Shown here one piece after another: positions 20,719 to 31,120 of a stretch of 64,000 nt of DNA. The position numbers and the translations under genes are program-made. Position 1 is the stretch's first letter; the number at the start of each line of letters is the position of its first letter. The notes below the pieces were generated by a model, which ran no database searches, was not told the origin of the DNA, and worked only from the letters and a program-made list of their open reading frames with translations. Source of the DNA: Spirochaetia bacterium (GTDB lineage: Bacteria; Spirochaetota; Spirochaetia; SZUA-6; Bin103); assembly GCA_965203515.1 (NCBI GenBank), contig OZ241907.1:2080001-2144000 (forward strand). The letters run 5' to 3'.

Positions 20719-22446
20719 TCACCCGTCGGCCAGCGCGATCCTGATCGTCCGCAGCAGCGCCTCCAGCCGGGCCGCGGCGGCGCGCGCCTGCGCGCGTTCG
20801 CGCGCCTCGCTCCACCCCAGCTCGCGCGCCAGCAGCGCCGCCACCCGCGGGACGCAGCGCAGCGCCGCATCGCCGTCCAGGAACGCCAGCCGCGTGCGCC
20901 GCGCCACCACGTCGTCGACCGTGCAGGCCGCCTCGCGGCGGGCGGCGTGCACGACCTCGGCTTCCAGGTACGGATAGCGCGGGGAGAGCCGGGCGCCGAG
21001 TCGGGCGCCGGGGCGCGCGCCGGGGCGGCCGCCAAGGCGGGCGCCGGCAAGCTCGGCCACCCGGCCGGCATCGGCGCCGTACGCGCGGTCCAGGTGACGG
21101 GCGACATCGGCCGGCACGCGATAGTCGCGTTGCAGGCGGTCCGGGTCGGGCCGGTATCCGGCGCCGCCGGCGAGCGGCGTGCGGCGCGTCCGGGAGGGCC
21201 GCTCGGGCGTCAGGTCGGCCATCTCCACCGCGCGGTTCACGGCCTGCACCGCCATGGCGCGATAGGTCGTCCACTTGCCGCCGGCCACGGTCAGCAGGCC
21301 GGAGGCGCTCGGCTGCAACAGATAGTCGCGGGCCAGGGTCGCCGTGCCGCGGCCGCGCCCGCGGCCGGCGGCCACCCGCCTGGTCGGCGCGGCGATCAGC
21401 GGCCGCAGCCCCGACCAGGCGGCCGCCACGTCCTCCGGCTTCACCTGCAGGTTGAGATAGCTGCGCAGGTGGCTCATCAGGAAGGCCAACTCTTCCGCGC
21501 CCGGCACCGGGTCGGCGGCCACCTCGGCGGCCACCTCGGTCGTGCCGGCCAGGGTGCTGCCGTGCCACGGCAGCACGAACAGCACCCGGCCGTCCTCCGT
21601 GCGCGGGATGAGCAGCCCGGTGTCGCCGGCGGGGAACCGCGGCCCCAGCACCACGTGACTGCCGGCGCTCACCCGCAGCAGCGGCGGCCCCTGCGGAGCG
21701 TCCAGCCGCCGGACCGCGTCGACGAACGGACCGGCCGCGTTGATCACCATGCGGGCGCGCACCTCCCAGGCGTCCCCTGACAGGACGTCCCGAACCGCGG
21801 CGCCCGTGATCCGGCCCGCGCGGCTCTTGCGCAGCCGCTCGACCTCGACGTAGTTGGAGACCGCCGACCCGTGCGCCGCCGCGGTCAGGGCCAGGGCCAG
21901 ATTCATCCGCGCGTCGTCGAACTGGCCGTCCCAATAGACCACGCCGCCGTTGATCTGCCGCCGCGGGCCGCGCCCGACGATCCGCTCGCGCAAGTGGGGA
22001 AACCGGGCGACCGCCTCCTCGCGCGGGATGAACTCCGAGCGGCGCAGCGCGTACGTGCCCGCCAGGCGGTCGTACAGCGTGAGACCGATGCGGTAATACG
22101 GCAGTTGGCTGCGCTGATAGAGCGGCACGAAGATCGGCAGCTCCCGCACCAGGTGCGGGGCGATCTCCATGAGCGTCTTGCGCTCGCGGAGCGCCTCCCG
22201 GACCAGACGGAACCGGGTCCGGTCCATGTGCTTTATCGCCTGCTCCAGATAGCGGACGCCGCCGTGCACCAGCTTGGTGCTGCGGCTGCTGGTGCCGCCG
22301 GCGAAGTCGCCGCGCTCCACCAGCGCGACCCGCAACCCGCGCGTCGCCGCGTCCAGCGCGCAACCGCAGCCGGTGGCGCCGCCGCCGATGACCAGCACGT
22401 CGAAGGACTCGTCGGCCAGGCGGCGCAGGTGCTCGGCCCGCCTCAC
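20719..22446 (-). CDS. glpD: FAD-dependent glycerol-3-phosphate dehydrogenase/oxidase
   Basis: IGGGATG, GTSSRSTKLVHGGVRYL, GGKWTTYR, RRTRL. GTGA overlap with the upstream permease. Confidence 0.9.
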   Translation of the reverse strand: MRRAEHLRRLADESFDVLVIGGGATGCGCALDAATRGLRVALVERGDFAGGTSSRSTKLVHGGVRYLEQAIKHMDRTRFRLVREALRERKTLMEIAPHLVRELPIFVPLYQRSQLPYYRIGLTLYDRLAGTYALRRSEFIPREEAVARFPHLRERIVGRGPRRQINGGVVYWDGQFDDARMNLALALTAAAHGSAVSNYVEVERLRKSRAGRITGAAVRDVLSGDAWEVRARMVINAAGPFVDAVRRLDAPQGPPLLRVSAGSHVVLGPRFPAGDTGLLIPRTEDGRVLFVLPWHGSTLAGTTEVAAEVAADPVPGAEELAFLMSHLRSYLNLQVKPEDVAAAWSGLRPLIAAPTRRVAAGRGRGRGTATLARDYLLQPSASGLLTVAGGKWTTYRAMAVQAVNRAVEMADLTPERPSRTRRTPLAGGAGYRPDPDRLQRDYRVPADVARHLDRAYGADAGRVAELAGARLGGRPGARPGARLGARLSPRYPYLEAEVVHAARREAACTVDDVVARRTRLAFLDGDAALRCVPRVAALLARELGWSEARERAQARAAAARLEALLRTIRIALADG

Positions 22447-23294
22447 CCCTTGATCGCCCCCATCGCCATCCCCTTGATGAAGAAGCGCTGAAAGAACAGA
22501 AAGACCAGCAGCGTCGGCAGACTGGCCAGCAGCGACAATGCGCCCTGGACGCCCCAGGCGACGGTGTACTGGCCGCGCAGCGAGACGATCCCCAGCATGA
22601 TCGTGCGCTTGGCGTCGCTGTTGACGAAGATCAGCGGCCACAGGAAGTCGTTCCAGATCCAGGTGAACTGCAGCGTGCCGAGCACGGCCAGCGCCGGCAG
22701 GCTGATCGGCAGCGCCACGCGGAGCAGCACCTGACCTTCGTGGGCGCCTTCGACGATCGCCGATTCGCGCAGCGCGTTGGGGACCGCGGCGAAGAAGTTG
22801 CGCATCAGCAGCGTACAGATCGGGATGCCCATGGCGACGTGGACGATGATCATCGGCCACAGCGTGTCGAGCAGGCCGAGTCGATTGAACAGGCGGAACA
22901 GCGGGACCAGGACGACCTGCGGCGGAAAGAACATCCCCGACACGATCACCAGAAACAGCGGCTCGCTGCCGCGGAACGGCAGCTTGGCGAATACGTAGCC
23001 GCCCAGGATGCCCAGCGCGATCGACCCCGCCGTCGCCGGCGCGGTGACCAGCACGGTGTTGATGAAATAGGCGGCGACCGACGGGTGGCTCAGCGCGACC
23101 GAGAAGTTGGACAGATCGAGGGTGCGGGGAATCGTCCACAAGGTGCCGAAGGCGATGTCCCGGGTGCTCTTCAGCGCGCTCAGCACCACGCCGGCCGTCG
23201 GCGCCAGAAACAGCACGGCCAGCACCGCCAGCGCCGCGAACACCACGCCGTTCCACGGCAACCGGCGCCGCGCCGGCGCGGCGGCTTCAGTCAT
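22443..23294 (-). CDS. Carbohydrate ABC transporter permease
   Basis: LRESAIVEGA, WNDFLWPL, FQRFFIKG. Confidence 0.9.
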   Translation of the reverse strand: MTEAAAPARRRLPWNGVVFAALAVLAVLFLAPTAGVVLSALKSTRDIAFGTLWTIPRTLDLSNFSVALSHPSVAAYFINTVLVTAPATAGSIALGILGGYVFAKLPFRGSEPLFLVIVSGMFFPPQVVLVPLFRLFNRLGLLDTLWPMIIVHVAMGIPICTLLMRNFFAAVPNALRESAIVEGAHEGQVLLRVALPISLPALAVLGTLQFTWIWNDFLWPLIFVNSDAKRTIMLGIVSLRGQYTVAWGVQGALSLLASLPTLLVFLFFQRFFIKGMAMGAIKG

Positions 23295-24168
23295 ACAACT
23301 CGTCCAGCTTCTTGAGCTGGCGAAAGTAGACGGCGATCACGCTCAGCGTCATGAGGAAGAGCATGACCGAGATCGAGCTGCCGTACCCCATCCGGTATTT
23401 CTTGAAGGATTCGCTGTACATGTACATGGCCAGCGTGTCGGATGAGTGAAACGGTCCGCCGCCGGTCATGATGAACAGGATGTCGAACGCCTTGAGGGAG
23501 TTGATCACCGACAACGCCACGGCCACGACCGTCGCCGGCCGGAGCAGCGCCAGCACGACGTGGCGGATCCGTTGCCTGCGGGTCGCCCCCTCGATCTCCG
23601 CCGCCTCGATCAGATACGGCGGAATCGACGTCAGGCCGGCAAGGAAGATCACCATCGCCAAGCCCATCTGCTGCCACGACCAGGCGACGATGACGGAGAA
23701 GAGCGCGGTCTGCGGCTTCGCCAGCCAGGCGAAGATCGGCGGCTGGCCCGTGACCACGCCGATGGCCGCGTTGAGGAGCCCCCAATCGGGGTTATATATC
23801 CAGATCCAGATCTGTCCGACCACCACGGCCGCCAGGCAGATCGGCAGATAGAAGATCGACTTGAAGAGGTCGGCGCCCGGCACGCGCACGTCGAGCATCA
23901 GCGCCAGAGTCAGCCCGCCCAGGGTCGGCAGGATGATCGCCAGCAGCGTCCAGATCAGCGTGTTCAGCGTGGCGTTGGTGAACAACCGGTCGGTCACCAC
24001 GCCGGCGAAGTTGCGCAGCCCCACGAACCGGAAGTCGGGGTTGAAGCCGTTCCAGTCGGTAAAGCTGTAGTAGAAGGTGTTGAGCAGCGGCCAGACGATG
24101 AAGACGCCGAACACCGACAACGGCAGGAACAGCAGCGCGATCCGCCAGAAGGTCTCTCGGTGCTTCAT
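23287..24168 (-). CDS. Carbohydrate ABC transporter permease
   Basis: SFTDWNG, LIEAAEIEGA, MTGGGP. Confidence 0.9.
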   Translation of the reverse strand: MKHRETFWRIALLFLPLSVFGVFIVWPLLNTFYYSFTDWNGFNPDFRFVGLRNFAGVVTDRLFTNATLNTLIWTLLAIILPTLGGLTLALMLDVRVPGADLFKSIFYLPICLAAVVVGQIWIWIYNPDWGLLNAAIGVVTGQPPIFAWLAKPQTALFSVIVAWSWQQMGLAMVIFLAGLTSIPPYLIEAAEIEGATRRQRIRHVVLALLRPATVVAVALSVINSLKAFDILFIMTGGGPFHSSDTLAMYMYSESFKKYRMGYGSSISVMLFLMTLSVIAVYFRQLKKLDELYD

Positions 24169-24240
24169 CGTCCGGCCGGCCGGAGGGGCGCTGGCGGCGC
24201 GCAAAACGCTCGAGCGCCTTCGCCCCTCCCCGTGAACCCG

Positions 24241-25554
24241 CTAACTGTCGAACACGCCCCTGACGCCCATTTCGGTGTCGGCCAGGTGCCGGCCGTAGCT
24301 GGCGGGGTCGTCCATGAAGCGCGCGAACATGTCCAGGCCGTACTCCGCCGCCGGCGGCGTGGTGGCCAGGTCGTAGTTGAACGCGAAGGTGTCGGCGTTG
24401 CCGACCGCCTGCAGCGCCCGCCGCATCACCGACGTATAGATGCTGTCGTCGACGTTCACGTTCGGCGACAGGGCGCCCTGCACCTGCGCCCACTTGGCCT
24501 GGGACGCCGGGTCGCTGGCCAGGAAGGCGACGAGCGCCTCGGCGTTGGCGCGATTCCTTGCATTGGCGGCGATCAGCCATCCGTCGACCGGCCCCACCAC
24601 CGCGTTGGGCACGCCGGCGTCGATCATCGGGAACTCGAAGAAGTCGTAGTCTTCGCCGGCCGCCAGTCCGTTGCCGTTCCAGTACCCGGTGATCCAGGTG
24701 CCCATCAGCGTCATCGCCGCGTCGCCGCGCGATACCCGGTCCGACGCCGCCGTCCAGTCGTCGGCGTTGGCGTTGGGGGCGAAGTATCCGGCGTCGACCA
24801 GGTCCTTCCAGAGCTGCATGGCCCGCTGCACCTCGCCGTCGGTGTAGGAGGCTTCGCCGGCCATCAGGCTGGCGCGGTACTCCGGGCCGGCGGTGCGCAG
24901 CAGCAGGTAGTCGAACCAGAACTGCGCGGGCCAGCGGTCCTTGGAGCCGAGCGCGATCGGGGTCACCCCCTGCGACTTGAGGTCCTCGCACAGGGCCAGA
25001 AACCCGTCCCAGTCGGTCGGGAACTCGCTCACGCCGGCGTCCGCCATCACCTTGGCGTTGTAGAACATGCCGGCGTAGTGGTATCCGAACGGCACCAGAT
25101 AGCGCGCGCCGTTGTACATGGTGGCGCCGTCGGCGACCGACTGCGCCACGACGGCGTCCAGACCGTTCGCCGCCCACATGTCGTCGATCGTGCCCAGGCT
25201 GCCGGCGTCGACCACGAACTGCGTCCGCGCCCCGGCCCAGTAGCTGAACACGTCCGGCAGGTTGCCGCCTGCGGCCCGCACCAGGATGCCGTCCTTGAAG
25301 TCCTCGTGCCCGATCGGACTGTCGACCACGGTGACCCCGGTCTCCGCCTTGAAGTTGCCGAAGATCTCTTCCAGTCCGGCTCGCCCCAGGTCACCGCCGA
25401 AGTAGTGGGTGATGGTGACCTCGCCATCGGCCCAGCTCACGGTCGCGACCAGCAGGAACGCGAGCGCCAAGCCGAGCGCCCTCAGTACTCCCCTGCCCCG
25501 CTTCCGGCAGGCGTGGCCGGCGCTTCCGGCCGTCCGTCTCCCGTTGTAGTGCAT
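24241..25554 (-). CDS. Carbohydrate ABC solute-binding protein
   Basis: AGGAGGT RBS, signal peptide, PDVFSYW, AAMTLMGTW. Confidence 0.88.
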   Translation of the reverse strand: MHYNGRRTAGSAGHACRKRGRGVLRALGLALAFLLVATVSWADGEVTITHYFGGDLGRAGLEEIFGNFKAETGVTVVDSPIGHEDFKDGILVRAAGGNLPDVFSYWAGARTQFVVDAGSLGTIDDMWAANGLDAVVAQSVADGATMYNGARYLVPFGYHYAGMFYNAKVMADAGVSEFPTDWDGFLALCEDLKSQGVTPIALGSKDRWPAQFWFDYLLLRTAGPEYRASLMAGEASYTDGEVQRAMQLWKDLVDAGYFAPNANADDWTAASDRVSRGDAAMTLMGTWITGYWNGNGLAAGEDYDFFEFPMIDAGVPNAVVGPVDGWLIAANARNRANAEALVAFLASDPASQAKWAQVQGALSPNVNVDDSIYTSVMRRALQAVGNADTFAFNYDLATTPPAAEYGLDMFARFMDDPASYGRHLADTEMGVRGVFDS

Positions 25555-25715
25555 AGCGCTACCTCCTGTCGACGTTATGGGCCGATCGCCGGTTCGTGTC
25601 AATGCGCACGGAGCGCACGTGCGAGCCGGCCGGCCGCGGCGGCGGCAAACGGTATACTGCGGCGAGCCGCCACGCCCCCGGCAGGAGCGGCCCGACCCGA
25701 TACCGGGAGGCCCCG

Positions 25716-26774
25716 TTGGACACGATTCGAGTCGGCTTCATCGGCACCGGCCGCATCTCCGACCTGCACGCGCCGGAGTACCTGCGCAACCCGCATACGG
25801 AGATCGTCGCCCTGTGCGACGGCGACCCGGAGCTGGCGGCCGCGCGCGCCCGCGCCTGGGGACTGGACCGGCCGGCGATCTGCGCCGACTACCACGAGCT
25901 GCTGGCGCTGGAATCGGTCGATCTGGTCGAGATCTTGCTGCCGCACCACCTGCACGCGGAGGCCGCCCTGGCCGCGTTCGCCGCCGGCAAGGCGGTCTTC
26001 CTGCAGAAGCCGATCGCCCTGAACCTGGCCGACGCCGACCGGGTGATCGACGCGGCCGAGCAGGCCGGCGCGCCCTTCCGGGTGTTCGAGAACTTCATCT
26101 TCTACCCGCCGGTGATGGCGGCCAAGGAGCTGGTCGACCGGGGCGCGATCGGCCGGCCGCTGACGATCCGGCTCAAGAGCCACGTCGGCCGCCCGGAATC
26201 GGGGTGGGAGGTGCCGGCCGCGGCGCTGGCGTGGCGGCTCGACCCCGCGCGCGCCGGCGGCGGCCCCCTGGTGTTCGACGACGGCATCCACAAGTTCGCG
26301 CTCGCCCGGCACTTCATGGGACCGGCCGAGGAGGTGCACGCCTGGATCGGCAGCACCGCCGTGCAGGGCTACGCGATCGACGCGCCGGCGCTGGTCTCGT
26401 TCCGCTTTCCCGGCGGGCGCGTCGGCAACATCGAGGTCGTCTTCTCGCCGGAGGTGGCGATCGACACCGAGCACTACGCCCAGGACGACCGGATCGAGAT
26501 CACCGGCACCGAGGGCGTGATCTGGATCAACCGCGGCCACGGGCAACTGGGGAGCGTGGTTCCGGTGCAGCTCTACCGCGACGGCGCGCGGACCGACTAC
26601 CGCTCCATGGAGACCGGCTGGGAGACCAGCTTCATGCACGCCGTCCGCCGCGGCATCGAGGCGCTCCGCCGCGGCGAGCAGCCGCCACTGGCCGGCCGCG
26701 ACGCCCGCGAGGTGCTGCGCTTCGCCCTGGCCGCCCAGGAATCCGCCCGCACCGGCGCCAGCGTCCGGCTCTAG
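25716..26774 (+). CDS. Gfo/Idh/MocA family oxidoreductase
   Basis: TTG start after GGGAGG; IRVGFIGTGRIS, LPHHLH, QKPIA. Confidence 0.88.
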   Translation: MDTIRVGFIGTGRISDLHAPEYLRNPHTEIVALCDGDPELAAARARAWGLDRPAICADYHELLALESVDLVEILLPHHLHAEAALAAFAAGKAVFLQKPIALNLADADRVIDAAEQAGAPFRVFENFIFYPPVMAAKELVDRGAIGRPLTIRLKSHVGRPESGWEVPAAALAWRLDPARAGGGPLVFDDGIHKFALARHFMGPAEEVHAWIGSTAVQGYAIDAPALVSFRFPGGRVGNIEVVFSPEVAIDTEHYAQDDRIEITGTEGVIWINRGHGQLGSVVPVQLYRDGARTDYRSMETGWETSFMHAVRRGIEALRRGEQPPLAGRDAREVLRFALAAQESARTGASVRL

Positions 26775-26913
26775 CCAAGTCCGGGACCCATCCCTCGCGT
26801 CTCAGCAATTTGGAAGCGCAAATTCAGGATTTGGCTGATATGCGGCGCCGCAGCCGCCGCGGTATCGATATGTCGAGAGGATGACTCCCGGATTCGATCG
26901 GACAGGATGACGC

Positions 26914-27273
26914 ATGAACACGAGAGAGATCATGTTGGAAGAGTTGACCGACCGTTGGCCCCCGAACCCGGGTGATACGATACTGACCGGAACGGCCCCC
27001 CCATCGCTGGTGCTGCGGCTCCACAGATTCCGGCGAGTATGGACGACGTCGGAGCCACCATGCCCGACTTGCAACACCTGGATGAGGTACAGCGCCGACG
27101 ACGTCGAATGGCGTTGTCCCCATTGTGGGAACACGCCAAGCAGGCGAGGGATGCGCGAGGTCGCGGTCGACGCGGGCGCTTCGAGAATATTGAATAGCAC
27201 GGGTGGCCCGAGATGGTACAAGCTGGCGTACGCGGCGTATCTGCGGTGGCGATGGCTTCGACGGTCGACTTGA
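26914..27273 (+). CDS. Small Zn-ribbon hypothetical protein, copy 1
   Basis: CPTC..CPHC motif; paralogue directly downstream. Confidence 0.55.
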   Translation: MNTREIMLEELTDRWPPNPGDTILTGTAPPSLVLRLHRFRRVWTTSEPPCPTCNTWMRYSADDVEWRCPHCGNTPSRRGMREVAVDAGASRILNSTGGPRWYKLAYAAYLRWRWLRRST

Positions 27274-27415
27274 CCGACAGCGTGCATACGGTGATCCGCG
27301 GCACGGCCGGCAGTCTTGCATGGATTGCCGGCCGTGCCTTGTCTTCACCGAAGCCGCCACGGTATCGATATATCGCGAGAGAGACTCCTTGATTCGATCG
27401 GACAGGAGGTGATGC

Positions 27416-27778
27416 ATGAACACGAGAGAGATCATGTTGGCAGAGCTGATGGACCGCTGGCCCCCGAACCCGGGTGATACGATACGGTCCAGAGCGGGCC
27501 CATCGCTGGTGTTGCGGCTCCATTTTCCCGGAGTACGACGGGTATGGACGACGTCATCTCCACCGTGCCCGACTTGTAACACCTGGATGACGTACAGCGC
27601 CGCCGACGTCGAATGGTGTTGTCCCCAGTGCGGGAATGCGCCAAGCAGGCGAGGAATGCGCGAGGTCGCGATCGACGCGGGCGCTTCGAGGATATTGAAT
27701 ATCACGGGCGGCCCGGGATGGTACAAGCTGGCGTACGCCGCGTATCTGCGGTGGCGATGGCTTCGACGGTCGCCTTGA
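27416..27778 (+). CDS. Small Zn-ribbon hypothetical protein, copy 2
   Basis: CPTC..CPQC motif; strong AGGAGGT RBS. Confidence 0.6.
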   Translation: MNTREIMLAELMDRWPPNPGDTIRSRAGPSLVLRLHFPGVRRVWTTSSPPCPTCNTWMTYSAADVEWCCPQCGNAPSRRGMREVAIDAGASRILNITGGPGWYKLAYAAYLRWRWLRRSP

Positions 27779-27839
27779 TCGACGGCGTGCGGCACGGCCG
27801 GCAGTCCGTGCATGGATTGCCGTGCCTTCGTCGTGGCGG

Positions 27840-28160
27840 CTACTCGGACTCGACGACCACGGCCGTGCCGTACGCCAGGATCTCGGAGGCGCCGCTCATG
27901 ATCGCCGACGTGGTGAACCGCACGTCGGTCACCGCGTTGGCGCCGCGCTGTTGGGCGTCGGCGGTCAGACGCTCCACCGCTTCCGCACGGGCGTCGTCCA
28001 TCATCGTAGTGTAGGACGCGATCTCGCCTCCCACCATCGTCTTGAAGCCGGCCATGAGGTCCCGGCCCACGTGACGGGAGCGGACCGTGTTGCCGCGTAC
28101 CAAACCGATCGTCTTGACGATGCGATGGCCGGCGATGGCAGCGGCCGTTGTCAGGATCAT
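27840..28160 (-). CDS. ybjQ: YbjQ/UPF0145 family (putative heavy-metal-binding) protein
   Basis: MILTT, GLVRG, VGGEIASY, GANAVTDVRF, AYGTAVVV. Confidence 0.9.
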   Translation of the reverse strand: MILTTAAAIAGHRIVKTIGLVRGNTVRSRHVGRDLMAGFKTMVGGEIASYTTMMDDARAEAVERLTADAQQRGANAVTDVRFTTSAIMSGASEILAYGTAVVVESE

Positions 28161-28366
28161 CGTTCTCATCCCCTTGCGCTGACCCGGCAGTGCCGGCGCC
28201 GGCATAGTATAGCGGCGTGACCGCGCAACGAGTAGCCGACGCGTTCGCACGACGCGGCGGCCGAAGTTTGGGCCGTGCGACATTCCTGCGACATTGCTTC
28301 CGCATGCTTCGTGGCGACGAGGCGTTGAGCCTCGAAGAACGACGACGCTCCACGAGGAGGAGAACG

Positions 28367-28888
28367 ATGACCGACCATTCATGGATCAGGTCTTCCCTGA
28401 GGAACACGCTCATGACGGCGCTGCTGATCGGCTTCATGGGGGCGGCCGCGATCGGCGGTTGCGCCGGCACCGCGGAGGCGGGCAGCGGCGAGCATGCAGC
28501 CGGCGGCGAGGAGTCCGGGACCCTCTTGACGCTGGACCAGACCTACGACGCGGTCCGCGCCGGCGCCCGGCTCATCCTGCGCTACGACCGGGAGGCCAAC
28601 GCCTTCGCCGGCACGGTGGAGAACACCACCGGCGGCACGCTGCCGTCGGTCCGGGTGGAAGTTCACCTGTCCAACGGCACGGAGCTCGGTCCCACGACGC
28701 CGGTCGACCTGGCGCCCGGCCAGAAGATCCCGGTGCGGCTGCAGGCAACGACCGCGGCGTTCACCGGCTGGACCGCCCACCCGGAAGTCGGCTCCGAACA
28801 GGGAGCGGCGGGCGAACACGGCTCGGAGGGCGAACGAGGCGGCGAACACGGCTCGGGACGCGAACGGGGCGGCGAACACGGCGGCTGA
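28367..28888 (+). CDS. Secreted/lipoprotein-like hypothetical protein with GEHG-repeat tail
   Basis: AGGAGG RBS; hydrophobic N-terminus ending GGC; 30-bp-period DNA repeat at 28811-28884 encoding GEHG units. Confidence 0.7.
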   Translation: MTDHSWIRSSLRNTLMTALLIGFMGAAAIGGCAGTAEAGSGEHAAGGEESGTLLTLDQTYDAVRAGARLILRYDREANAFAGTVENTTGGTLPSVRVEVHLSNGTELGPTTPVDLAPGQKIPVRLQATTAAFTGWTAHPEVGSEQGAAGEHGSEGERGGEHGSGRERGGEHGG

Positions 28889-28982
28889 GGCCGCCTGACC
28901 GGACGCCGGTGTGCGCGGGGCTCGAATCAACGGGACGCCGCGTCCGCGTCAGCCGCCGCATCGCTCCGGTGAGTGAGGCATC

Positions 28983-29663
28983 ATGACGAGGCGCACGATT
29001 CTGATCGTCGAAGACGAGCCGCGGATCGCCCACTGGCTCAAGATCCATTTCGAACGCGCCGGGTTCAGCGCCGAAGTCGCCGGCGACGGACGCGCCGGCA
29101 TCGCCCTTGCCCGCTCGCACTGCCCTCACCTGATCGTGCTCGATCTGATGCTGCCGCGCCTCGACGGGATGCAGGTGTGCCGCATCCTGCGCCGCGAATC
29201 GGCCGTACCGATCATCATGCTCACGGCCCGCGAAGCCCACGCCGATCGCATCGCCGGCCTGGACGGCGGCGCCGATGACTACGTGGTCAAACCGTTCGAC
29301 CCCGACGAGGTAGTGGCGCGGGCCAAGGCGGTGTTGCGGCGCGTCGATGACCACGTGCAACCGGTCCTGAGGCGCGGCGCCATCACGATCGACGACGCCA
29401 CGCGGCAGGCGACCGTCGACGGACGGCCGATCGACCTGAGCCGCGCGCAGTACGCGCTGCTCTCCGCGTTCATGCGCCATCCGAATCAGGTCCTCACCCG
29501 CGAGCAACTCATCACGCTGGCCTTCGACGACGACTTCGACGCCTATGACCGCGCCATCGACAACCACGTGCTCCGACTCCGCAAGCTGCTCGGGAGAGAC
29601 GGGAAGCAGCCGATCCGGACGGTGTACGGCTCCGGCTACCGATTCGTCCCGGAGCGTTCGTGA
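28983..29663 (+). CDS. OmpR-family response regulator
   Basis: ILIVEDE, LDLMLP, GADDYVVKPF, RTVYGSGY. Confidence 0.95.
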   Translation: MTRRTILIVEDEPRIAHWLKIHFERAGFSAEVAGDGRAGIALARSHCPHLIVLDLMLPRLDGMQVCRILRRESAVPIIMLTAREAHADRIAGLDGGADDYVVKPFDPDEVVARAKAVLRRVDDHVQPVLRRGAITIDDATRQATVDGRPIDLSRAQYALLSAFMRHPNQVLTREQLITLAFDDDFDAYDRAIDNHVLRLRKLLGRDGKQPIRTVYGSGYRFVPERS

Positions 29664-31120
29664 ACGGATTCGCCGCGTCGCTGCACGGCCGCATCCTGCG
29701 CGCGTTCGCGCTCATCGTGGTCCTTGCGGTAGCGCTCGGCGTCGGCGTCGCGTACTACGTCACCCAGAGCCAGATGGCGGGGTTCGTCGATGAACTGATC
29801 GCCGTCGAAGCGGAGATCGTGGCGCGCAGCCTGAGCCGCGCCTACGCCGCTGCCGGCGGCTGGACGACGGCGGACCGGGTGCTGGCGGATGCCGGCTATC
29901 GCTACGATGCGGAAGAGGAGGGACACGAAGGCAGCGGTGAACGGGAGGAACGCGGCTCCGAGACCGTGCACGTCGAGCGCGTCCGCATCGTCGTCGTCGA
30001 CCGTGACGGTCTGGTGGTGCATGACAACCTGTCCCGGCTGCGGCCGGGGGCGCCGGCGCCGGCGTTGGGCGGAGAGCGGGTCGCCGTGCTCGACGGGGAG
30101 GCCGGCCGGCCGGCCGGCGCCGTCTACGTCGACGTGGAGCGCGCGTTTCTGGCGACCGAATCGCATGGACTGCTGCGCCGCATCCTGACCACGACGACGC
30201 TGGGCGGCGCGCTGATCGCCGCCGCGGCGCTGGCGTTGGCGGCCTGGACCTCGAGCCGCATCACGGCGCCGGTCACGCGCCTGACGGAAGCCGCCCGGAC
30301 CGTCGCGCGGCAAGGCGGCAGCGCCCTCCTGCCGATCACCTCAGCCGACGAACTGGGACAGATGAGCGCCGCGTTCAATCGCATGACCAACGCCCTGCGC
30401 ACCCAACGCGACCTGCGCCGGCGGCTGATCGACGATCTGTCCCATGAGCTGAACACGCCGCTGAGCGTCATCCGCCTGGAAGCCAAAGGGCTGCTCGACG
30501 GCTTGCAGAAGCCGGCCGCCGCGGCGGACCGAATCGTTCAGGAGGTGACGATGCTGCGCAACCTGGTGCGCGATCTGAACTGGCTGGCGGAAACCGATTC
30601 GGGCGAGTTGCCGCTCAACCGGGAGCCGTGCTCGTTCTCCCCGCTGCTCGGCGCCGAGGTGCGGCGGTGGCAGCCGCAGGCCCGGATGCGCGGGATCGAT
30701 CTGTCGTTCCGGTCGCAGTCGGGATTGCCGGCGCTCGGTCTGGATCGGATGCGCATGAGCCAAGCGCTGGGCAACGTGGTGCACAACGCGCTGCAACATA
30801 CTGGAGCAGGAGGCCGGATCGCGGTCGCGGCAGCCCTGGAGACCGACGGACGGGTGGCGGTCACCGTGTCGGACGACGGCGCCGGGATCGACGCGGCCGA
30901 TCTGCCCCGTCTGTTCGACCGCCTGTACCGCGCGGACGAATCCCGCTCCCGCCGCAGCGGGGCCGCGGGCCTCGGGCTGGCGATCGCGCGCGCCATAATC
31001 ACCGCGCACGGGGGAACGATCCGGGTGACCAGCGCCGGCAAGGGGCAAGGAACCACGGTGCGGTTCCGCCTGCCGACGGACGGCGCTACGACGCCGGGCG
31101 CGGATCAGCCGCGCAGATAG
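29660..31120 (+). CDS. HAMP sensor histidine kinase (BaeS-like)
   Basis: Two TM segments, HAMP, SHELNTPL, N box, DDGAGI, GLGLAI. Confidence 0.93.
   Translation: MNGFAASLHGRILRAFALIVVLAVALGVGVAYYVTQSQMAGFVDELIAVEAEIVARSLSRAYAAAGGWTTADRVLADAGYRYDAEEEGHEGSGEREERGSETVHVERVRIVVVDRDGLVVHDNLSRLRPGAPAPALGGERVAVLDGEAGRPAGAVYVDVERAFLATESHGLLRRILTTTTLGGALIAAAALALAAWTSSRITAPVTRLTEAARTVARQGGSALLPITSADELGQMSAAFNRMTNALRTQRDLRRRLIDDLSHELNTPLSVIRLEAKGLLDGLQKPAAAADRIVQEVTMLRNLVRDLNWLAETDSGELPLNREPCSFSPLLGAEVRRWQPQARMRGIDLSFRSQSGLPALGLDRMRMSQALGNVVHNALQHTGAGGRIAVAAALETDGRVAVTVSDDGAGIDAADLPRLFDRLYRADESRSRRSGAAGLGLAIARAIITAHGGTIRVTSAGKGQGTTVRFRLPTDGATTPGADQPRR

Larger units (their letters stand above)
26855..27828. 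repeat. ~500-bp imperfect tandem duplication including upstream and downstream flanks
   Basis: ggtatcgatat at 26861 and 27361; gattcgatcggacagga and cacggccggcagt..catggattgcc occur in both units. Confidence 0.9.

Noticed and set aside
7670..23256. Very long ORF-track entries (7670-10786, 17947-20697, 20719-23256) suggesting fusion proteins
   Set aside because: The N-terminal extensions are Arg/Ala/Gly-rich off-frame or antisense reads of neighbouring genes, typical of high GC. Real starts are at 9430, 18657 and 22446.
28811..28884. 30-bp periodic repeat as a mini-CRISPR
   Set aside because: It is in-frame coding sequence for GEHG units, with no unique spacers.
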